In this document: positions 57,653 to 64,000 of the stretch, in pieces | Position numbering within the stretch: position 1 is the stretch's first letter | How the letters are laid out: every line of letters starts with the position of its first letter | Source of the DNA: an uncultured bacterium | Lineage (GTDB): Bacteria > Omnitrophota > Omnitrophia > Omnitrophales > Aquincolibacteriaceae | Length of the DNA: 64,000 nucleotides | Assembly (NCBI GenBank): GCA_964410905.1 | Contig: CAYPIR010000006.1 | Coordinates: forward strand, 26,052 to 90,051 | Direction: 5' to 3' | Program-made: the position numbers and the translations under genes | The notes under the pieces: model-generated | Seen by the model: the letters and a program-made list of their open reading frames with translations, nothing else | Databases searched by the model: none | Told to the model about the DNA's origin: nothing

Positions 57653-59034
57653 TTCCTTTTGTTTTCAAGTTTGTATTTATCATCCGCGTCATAAATTTTT
57701 GTGGGATATTTTCCCGTAAAGCACGCCGAGCAAAAATTGCTTGGATTTTGCGATGTCGCCGCGAGCATTCCATCCAAACTTAAATAGCCAAGAGAGTTAA
57801 CATTCAAAAACTTTTTGATTTCTTCCATAGAACTATTAGCGGCAAGCAATTCTTTTTTGGACGGAAAGTCTATGCCGTAAAAACAAGGAGACACATGAGG
57901 CGGACAACTGATTCGCATATGCACTTCTTTTGCCCCCGCTGAACGAAGCAGCTTTACACGGTTTTTCGCGGTGTTTCCGCGAACTATTGAATCGTCCACA
58001 ACGATAACTCGTTTGCCTTCGATGGTTTCTTTTATTGGGTTTAATTTGATGCGCACCTTAAGTTTTCGGCTTGCTTCGGAAGGACTCAAAAATGTTCTGC
58101 CAATATAGTGGTTGCGTATAAACCCAAAAGAAAAAGGGATGGCAGACTCACGCGAATATCCAAGAGCCGCCCAGCTGCCTGAGTCCGGAACAGGCACAAC
58201 AATATCCGCCTCGACTGGATATTCGCGGGCAAGCTGCCTGCCCATTTTTTCACGAACAAGGCCAACATTGTCGCCAAAAATTCTCGAGTCAGGGCGCGCA
58301 AAATACACATGTTCAAAAATGCAGGGAGATGTATTAATTTTTTCATCTTTGAAAGGAAAATGGCTGCGAATCCCCTTTCTATCAATAACAACAATTTCTC
58401 CGGGCTCAATTTCGCGAATAAATTCAGCTTCTATCAAATCTAACGCGCAAGTCTCTGACGCAAGCACATAACTTTGTCCTAACTTCCCTAAACACAGAGG
58501 CCGAAATCCATTAGGATCGCGAACACCAAATAAATGCTCTTCGGTCAATAGGACAAGACTGAACGCGCCTTTGGTACGCTTAGCAGCTTCAATTACACCC
58601 TCTTCATGGGAACGATAGCTTGGCTTTGCAATCATATGAACAAAAACTTCGGAATCGATTGTGGTTCCAAAAATTGAGCCATACGCTTCAAGTTCCGCGC
58701 GAATTCTCTCTGAGTTTACAAAATTTCCGTTATGAGCAATCGCGATTTGTCCGCGTGAATAATCAACTTTATAAGGCTGCGCATTTGTAATAACAGACGA
58801 ACCTGTCGTGGAATAACGTACATGCCCAATGGCATTTTTACCCGGCAGCTGCGCAAAAGACGCTTCGTCAAAAGCCTCTCCGACAAGTCCCGCTTTTTTT
58901 ATGAGATAAAGGTCAGAACTGTCGCTTGTGCAAATGCCTGCAGCCTCTTCGCCGCGGTGCTGAAGCGCAAAAAGCCCCATTTGCGTGATGCGTGCCGCGT
59001 GAGGATGATTATATATTCCAAAAATGCCGCACAT
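57637..59034 (-). CDS. purF: Amidophosphoribosyltransferase
   Basis: MCGIFGIY N-terminal nucleophile, PRTase domain, C-terminal Cys ligands. Confidence 0.9.
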   Translation of the reverse strand: MCGIFGIYNHPHAARITQMGLFALQHRGEEAAGICTSDSSDLYLIKKAGLVGEAFDEASFAQLPGKNAIGHVRYSTTGSSVITNAQPYKVDYSRGQIAIAHNGNFVNSERIRAELEAYGSIFGTTIDSEVFVHMIAKPSYRSHEEGVIEAAKRTKGAFSLVLLTEEHLFGVRDPNGFRPLCLGKLGQSYVLASETCALDLIEAEFIREIEPGEIVVIDRKGIRSHFPFKDEKINTSPCIFEHVYFARPDSRIFGDNVGLVREKMGRQLAREYPVEADIVVPVPDSGSWAALGYSRESAIPFSFGFIRNHYIGRTFLSPSEASRKLKVRIKLNPIKETIEGKRVIVVDDSIVRGNTAKNRVKLLRSAGAKEVHMRISCPPHVSPCFYGIDFPSKKELLAANSSMEEIKKFLNVNSLGYLSLDGMLAATSQNPSNFCSACFTGKYPTKIYDADDKYKLENKRNCCKL

Positions 59035-61358
59035 TATTTTCGCTCCATGATGTTGACTATTGCGTTTTCAAATTTTTCTGTCAAATCCACTACTTTTGCA
59101 TTGATTTTATCGTTAATTTCAAGAGTGTCTCCGCCGACAACGCCAATTTCATAAATCGGAACGGCAAATTTTTGAGCAAGTTCATTTAGCTCTTTAAGAT
59201 TCTCTTTTTTAGCTGAAACAATTACGCGCGACTGAGATTCGCCAAAATAAAGCGCGTCAAGTCTTAAATCCTTCGACGCATTTAGAACGGAATCAAGATT
59301 GATTTTTGCTCCAAGTTTTTTATCACTCTTAATTGAACTTTCCGCGATAGCAACAGCAAGCCCGCCTTCCGCTAAATCATGACAAGATGAAAGTTTTCGC
59401 GCGTTGGCAGCTGTCAAAATAAATTCCTGCAGCACTTTTTCACACTTCAAATCAAGCCGTGGCGGCAATCCCTGTCTAAGCCCATGCTCAATCATAAGGT
59501 AATGGCTGCCGCCAATTTCATTAAACGTATCGCCAATCAAGAGGATTACATCGCCTTCATTTTGAAACGCGGAAGGAACGCGTTTTTCAATATTATCCAA
59601 AACACCGACTATGCCGATAGTAGGCGTCGGGAAAATAGCGGCTTTTGGACTTTCGTTGTAGAAACTTACATTTCCTCCCGTAACGGGCAACTCAAGCGTT
59701 TTGCATGTTTCTATCATTCCTGATACGGAATTGTGAAATTGCCAGAAAACATCTGGTTTCATAGGATTGCCAAAATTAAGACAATTTGTTACTCCAATAG
59801 GCTTCGCACCTGAGCAAACAACATTGCGAGAGGCCTCCGCCACGGCTATTTTTCCGCCTTCAAATGGATCAAGATACGCGTAAAGACTATTGCAATCCGT
59901 AGAAATCGCAATTCCCTTTTTTGTGCCTTTTACGCGAATAAGCGCTGCGTCGTGTCCGGGATAAAAAACAGTATCGGTTCTGACCATATGGTCGTATTGT
60001 TTCCAAACCCAAGACTTAGACGCGACTGACGGATGGGAAAGAATCTCATTAAGAGTCGCATTAAAATCTTTTGGTTCAGCAATATTTGTCAAATCCAGTT
60101 TTTGAACTTCATCGAGATATTCGGGCTTCGATTCTTCTCTAACATAAATCGGTCCATCATCCGCAAGCGCCTTGGCGGGAATTTCAGCCGCTAAATTTCC
60201 TTCGTTCAGCACTCGATATTTATCGCCTTTTATAACTTCTCCGATTTTCACCGCGTGCAAATCCCATTTTTCAAAAATATCTTCGACGAGTTTTTCTTTG
60301 CCTTTTTTTACTATGACGAGCATGCGTTCTTGCGATTCAGATAAAAGAATTTCGTATGGAATCATTCCTGTTTCGCGTTTCGGAACGTATGCCAAATCGA
60401 TTTCAATTCCCGTTGACGCGCGAGACGCGGTTTCACAACCTGCGCAAGTAAGTCCAGCGGCGCCCATATCCTGCATCCCAACAAGCGCGTCTGTCTTGAG
60501 AAGCTCAAGACACGCTTCCATCAAAAGTTTTTCCATAAACGGATCACCCACCTGAACAGCGGGTCTATCTTCATTGCTTTTCTCAGATAGTTCTTTTGAC
60601 GCAAACGCCGCACCTCCCAGTCCGTCGCGGCCAGTCGTTGAGCCGACATAATAAACAGGATTTCCCACGCCATGCGCCGCGCCGTGGACAATCGCGTCTT
60701 TTTTAATAATACCAAGCGCTAGCGCGTTTACTAGCGGATTTCCTTCATACGAGTCATCAAAATAAACCTCGCCGCCGACTGTGGGAATTCCCATACAATT
60801 CCCATAATGAGCAATCCCCGCGACTACGCCTCTAAAAAGATGCTGATTAACTGGTTTTGATAAATCTCCAAATCGCAGAGAATTCATCAAAAGAACAGGG
60901 CGCGCGCCCATTGTAAAAATATCCCTCAAAATTCCTCCGACACCTGTTGCCGCGCCTTGAAACGGTTCAATTGCCGAAGGATGATTATGACTTTCCACTT
61001 TAAAACAAACCGCGTAACCATCTCCAATGTCAACAATGCCGGCATTTTCCGCGCCGGGCGCTACAAGCAAATGCTCTTTGTGCGGCAACTCCGCGTTCAT
61101 TTTGGCAAAAAGTTTTAAAATCGGTTTGGAATTTTTGTATGAACAATGTTCACTCCACATAACGCTAAACATTCCAAGCTCGGTAATGTTAGGATCCCGG
61201 CCAAGTATTTCTTGAATTTTTTTATATTCTTCGGGCGTAATACCGTGCGCGGCGATTGTTTCTGGAGTAATTATTTTTTCAGTTTCTATATCGGGCATAT
61301 TTTTAGTCCAATGCGTTAAAAATGCTTTCAAAAATTTTTCTGCCATCTGTCGAACCAA
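59034..61358 (-). CDS. purL: Phosphoribosylformylglycinamidine synthase subunit PurL
   Basis: Small-PurL duplicated AIRS-like domains, full-length. Confidence 0.9.
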   Translation of the reverse strand: MVRQMAEKFLKAFLTHWTKNMPDIETEKIITPETIAAHGITPEEYKKIQEILGRDPNITELGMFSVMWSEHCSYKNSKPILKLFAKMNAELPHKEHLLVAPGAENAGIVDIGDGYAVCFKVESHNHPSAIEPFQGAATGVGGILRDIFTMGARPVLLMNSLRFGDLSKPVNQHLFRGVVAGIAHYGNCMGIPTVGGEVYFDDSYEGNPLVNALALGIIKKDAIVHGAAHGVGNPVYYVGSTTGRDGLGGAAFASKELSEKSNEDRPAVQVGDPFMEKLLMEACLELLKTDALVGMQDMGAAGLTCAGCETASRASTGIEIDLAYVPKRETGMIPYEILLSESQERMLVIVKKGKEKLVEDIFEKWDLHAVKIGEVIKGDKYRVLNEGNLAAEIPAKALADDGPIYVREESKPEYLDEVQKLDLTNIAEPKDFNATLNEILSHPSVASKSWVWKQYDHMVRTDTVFYPGHDAALIRVKGTKKGIAISTDCNSLYAYLDPFEGGKIAVAEASRNVVCSGAKPIGVTNCLNFGNPMKPDVFWQFHNSVSGMIETCKTLELPVTGGNVSFYNESPKAAIFPTPTIGIVGVLDNIEKRVPSAFQNEGDVILLIGDTFNEIGGSHYLMIEHGLRQGLPPRLDLKCEKVLQEFILTAANARKLSSCHDLAEGGLAVAIAESSIKSDKKLGAKINLDSVLNASKDLRLDALYFGESQSRVIVSAKKENLKELNELAQKFAVPIYEIGVVGGDTLEINDKINAKVVDLTEKFENAIVNIMERK

Positions 61359-61992
61359 GCAAATCCTCGCTTGAACGCTCAGGGTGCGGCATCATTCCTA
61401 AAACGTTTTTCTTTTTATTAACAATTCCCGCAATGTTGTCGCGCGAACCGTTTGGATTAAACTTATCGTTCACAACGCCATCGCTAGAGGAATATTTAAA
61501 AATAATCTGCGAATTATCCTGAAGAGATTTCAGCGTGTTATCATCGCAATAATAATTTCCTTCGCCGTGCGCTATAGGAACTTGCAAAACCTCGCCGGCA
61601 TCCATTTGACGCGTAAAAATTGTCAAATTTTCTTCTGTGCGGATAAAAGCGTGTGAACAAATAAACTCTAGAGATCGATTGCGAAGCATCGCTCCTGGCA
61701 AAAGCCCCGCCTCCAAAAGAATTTGAAATCCATTACAAATGCCGATTACGGCCCTGCCGTCATTGGCGTGTTTTATGACAGGTTCCATTATGGGAGAAAA
61801 TCTTGCGATGGCTCCTGTTCTCAAATAATCGCCATAACTAAAGCCGCCGGGAATTACAACCAAGTCAACTTTTGGAAGATTTCTTTCCTTGTGCCAAACA
61901 TATTCAACCTGCGCTTTCACAACATCTTTGAGCGCGTGATAGCAATCGGTATCGCAATTTGAACCGGGAAAAACTAAAACTGCGGCTTTCAT
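61303..61992 (-). CDS. purQ: Phosphoribosylformylglycinamidine synthase glutaminase subunit PurQ
   Basis: [14 protein letters not shown], class I amidotransferase Cys/His. Confidence 0.85.
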   Translation of the reverse strand: MKAAVLVFPGSNCDTDCYHALKDVVKAQVEYVWHKERNLPKVDLVVIPGGFSYGDYLRTGAIARFSPIMEPVIKHANDGRAVIGICNGFQILLEAGLLPGAMLRNRSLEFICSHAFIRTEENLTIFTRQMDAGEVLQVPIAHGEGNYYCDDNTLKSLQDNSQIIFKYSSSDGVVNDKFNPNGSRDNIAGIVNKKKNVLGMMPHPERSSEDLLGSTDGRKIFESIFNALD

Positions 61993-62057
61993 ATTATTGG
62001 CTCTCTTGTTTTTTTAAATGTTTTTAAACGTTACAGAATTCATTCAAAACGCAGCGC

Positions 62058-62312
62058 TTACGCAACTTCTTCCAGCTCGAACGAATATTCTTCTATTACA
62101 GGATTATAAAGCAGCTTATCACACATCGCGTGAATAGATTTTTCTGCCGATTCTTTGTCCGCTGCCTCAAGCTCAAGTTCAAAGTATTTTCCGATACGAA
62201 GACTTTTCGCCTCCTTAAATCCCATAGTCGAAAGCGCGTGAAGAGTTGTCTGCCCTTGAGGATCTAAAACGGACTTTTTTAAACTTGTATGAATTGTCGC
62301 TTTGAATTTCAT
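62058..62312 (-). CDS. purS: Phosphoribosylformylglycinamidine synthase subunit PurS
   Basis: 84-aa PurS pattern. Confidence 0.8.
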   Translation of the reverse strand: MKFKATIHTSLKKSVLDPQGQTTLHALSTMGFKEAKSLRIGKYFELELEAADKESAEKSIHAMCDKLLYNPVIEEYSFELEEVA

Positions 62313-62333
62313 AAATTCTCCTCGATTTTGACC

Positions 62334-63248
62334 TTAAATTTTTTTGCCTGTCAAACGTTCATAAATATCGCAATACGCGGCCGTGGTTTTTTCAATAATT
62401 TCTTGCGGAAGATCCGGGGCCGGCGGCTGCTTATTCCACGTAAGTGTTTCAAGATAATTGCGGACAATTTGTTTATCAAAGCTAGGCTGATCGTGTCCGG
62501 TTTCATAACTTGCGGCAGGCCAAAACCGTGAACTGTCCGGCGTTAAAATTTCGTCAATAAGCATTAACTTGCCGTCATAAATACCAAACTCAAACTTTGT
62601 ATCCGCAATAATTATGCCTTTTGCCGCCGCGTATTCTTGACCTTTTTTATATAAAAGAATCGACAATTCTCGGACTTGTTCAGCAATGCTTTTCCCAACA
62701 ATTTGTTTTGCTTCGCTAAAATCAACATTCATATCGTGTCCGCTCTTGGCTTTAGTCGAAGGCGTGAAAAGCGGTTCCGGAAACTTATCGCATTGCTTGA
62801 GCCCTGACGGAAGCAAATGCCCGCAAACTTTTCCAGTAGCAAGATAATCTTTCCAGCCAGAACCTGTTATATATCCGCGCACAACGCATTCTATTGCAAG
62901 CGGCTCGGCGCGTTTTACAAGGACAGAACGTCCTTCAATTTCGTGACGAAAGTCCGCAAGAACCTTCTCTGGCAATCCCATCTTGTCAATATCAGCGCTG
63001 ATAAGATGCTGCGGCATAATGTCTTTAAAATAATTCTGCCAAAAAAGCGTAATTTGATTTAAAATTTTTCCTTTTAATGGAATTGGATCAGCCAAAACAA
63101 CATCAAACGCGCTCAAGCGATCTGTTGTTACAATCAGAAGTTTGTCTTCGCCGATGCCGTAAATATCGCGAACCTTTCCCATCGCGACTTTGGTCAAAGG
63201 AAGATGAGTTCCAATCACCGCGAATTTTTTTGGGACGGAATAGGTCAT
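62334..63248 (-). CDS. purC: Phosphoribosylaminoimidazole-succinocarboxamide synthase
   Basis: SAICAR synthetase pattern (GKVRDIY...). Confidence 0.85.
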   Translation of the reverse strand: MTYSVPKKFAVIGTHLPLTKVAMGKVRDIYGIGEDKLLIVTTDRLSAFDVVLADPIPLKGKILNQITLFWQNYFKDIMPQHLISADIDKMGLPEKVLADFRHEIEGRSVLVKRAEPLAIECVVRGYITGSGWKDYLATGKVCGHLLPSGLKQCDKFPEPLFTPSTKAKSGHDMNVDFSEAKQIVGKSIAEQVRELSILLYKKGQEYAAAKGIIIADTKFEFGIYDGKLMLIDEILTPDSSRFWPAASYETGHDQPSFDKQIVRNYLETLTWNKQPPAPDLPQEIIEKTTAAYCDIYERLTGKKI

Positions 63249-63249
63249 T

Positions 63250-64000
63250 TTATTTTCTCTTATTTACTGAAATTCCAGCGCGTTTCAAAATCTCCGAAAC
63301 GTTTTTTATATGGCGCTCATAACTAAACGCCGAACGAATTTCGCTGGGAGTTAAAATCTTTAAAATCGCGGCATCCGACAAAACAACATCAGAAAGTTTC
63401 AGATTGTCATTTCCCCAAAGTTTTTGCGCGGCGTCTTGAACAAGTTTGTAGCCCGCCTCGCGAGTAAGGCCTTTTTGAACTAGCTTTAACAAAAGTCCCT
63501 GAGAGAAAACCATTCCGCGGCTTGCTTCAAGATTCTTAATCATACGATCTTTGTTTACTACAAGATTGTCAATTACGTTTTGCATAAGTCCAAGCATATA
63601 ATCGAGCAAAATTGTGCTGTCGGGGAAAATTACGCGTTCCACGGATGAGTGCGTAATATCCCGCTCGTGCCACAACGCAATATTTTCTAAACCGGCAAGT
63701 GCGTTTCCGCGAAGAATTCTTGAAAGCCCCGCCACGCGTTCGCAAGTAATAGGATTTCGTTTATGAGGCATAGCGGAAGAACCTTTTTGCCCTTTTGAAA
63801 AAAACTCTTGAACTTCATAAGTTTCTGTTTTTTGCAAGCTGCGAATTTCCGTGGCAAGCTGCTCAAGAGTCCCTCCGACAAGCGCGATTGCCGATAAAAA
63901 CTCAGCATGGCGGTCGCGCTGCAGTACTTGAGTGGAAACAGGCGCGGGATTAAGTCCTAACTTTTTGCAAACAAACGCTTCAACTTTCGGATCGACATTC
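63250..64000 (-). CDS. purB: Adenylosuccinate lyase, 5' part beyond the window
   Basis: GSSAMPHKRNP fumarate-lyase signature. My translation shows the frame stays open upstream of the listed TTG to the window edge (...HAEFLSAIALVGGTLEQLATEIRSLQKTETYEVQEFF...). Confidence 0.8.
   Translation of the reverse strand, partial: NVDPKVEAFVCKKLGLNPAPVSTQVLQRDRHAEFLSAIALVGGTLEQLATEIRSLQKTETYEVQEFFSKGQKGSSAMPHKRNPITCERVAGLSRILRGNALAGLENIALWHERDITHSSVERVIFPDSTILLDYMLGLMQNVIDNLVVNKDRMIKNLEASRGMVFSQGLLLKLVQKGLTREAGYKLVQDAAQKLWGNDNLKLSDVVLSDAAILKILTPSEIRSAFSYERHIKNVSEILKRAGISVNKRK

Overview
The window is a 64 kb chromosomal segment from a low-GC (about 40% by eye) bacterium with Gram-negative-type envelope machinery. 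The envelope genes are a PilQ secretin, BamE-like and AsmA-like proteins and many lipoproteins. The organism is probably an anaerobe or microaerophile: it carries a Bat/MoxR-vWA aerotolerance operon, a Fur-controlled Fe-S/NifX-like operon and a ferritin-like gene. It may belong to the PVC group or a candidate phylum, since a histone H1-like protein and a SWIB-domain protein are both present. This lineage assignment is inference only.

Gene content by region:
- 1-4.9 kb: a type IV pilin fragment, a terminator and a pilMNOPQ operon.
- 5-12 kb: RNase E/G, a lysine-rich histone-like protein, a zinc-ribbon protein, the CCA-adding enzyme, an AsmA-like protein, an ACT-domain protein and def.
- 12.6-19.3 kb, minus strand: a translationally coupled aerotolerance-type operon (BatD-like, MoxR, DUF58, BatD-like, BatA, BatB/C-like). 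The last gene carries a roughly 200-aa Q/N/D/K-rich tail.
- 19.4-21.7 kb: an orphan dnaK and tRNA-Leu(TAA).
- 22.2-29.2 kb: one giant 2309-aa gene. It has a signal peptide, two tandem duplicated N-terminal domains, a polytopic membrane domain of about 800 aa and a C-terminal GH94-like (cellobiose/cyclic-glucan phosphorylase-type) catalytic region. This is the most unusual element in the window.
- 29.5-34.5 kb: a HAD hydrolase, orn, a YibQ-like deacetylase and a MiaB-like methylthiotransferase.
- 34.5-34.9 kb: a frameshifted IS607-like serine-recombinase remnant.
- 35.2-42.8 kb: three lipoproteins, then an apparently higher-GC block (MBL hydrolase, ferritin-like protein, two MinD/Mrp-like Fe-S ATPases, SAM methyltransferase, an unlisted small ferredoxin ORF, two NifX-like proteins, DUF5320, Fur). 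The block has recognisable Fur boxes.
- 43-47.7 kb: a kinase-like protein, a HAD hydrolase, a secreted protein, rpoN and tRNA-Thr(CGT).
- 48-64 kb, minus strand: NUDIX, aroA, two coiled-coil envelope proteins, a SWIB-domain protein, nrdR, glyA, rpiB, a Sua5/YrdC::LMW-PTP fusion and a complete purE-D-M-F-L-Q-S-C-B purine operon. purB runs off the window end.

No CRISPR array, intact prophage or intact transposon was seen. The ORF track uses TTG/GTG as well as ATG starts. Several starts below were moved to internal ATGs that have better N-terminal homology or RBS context.
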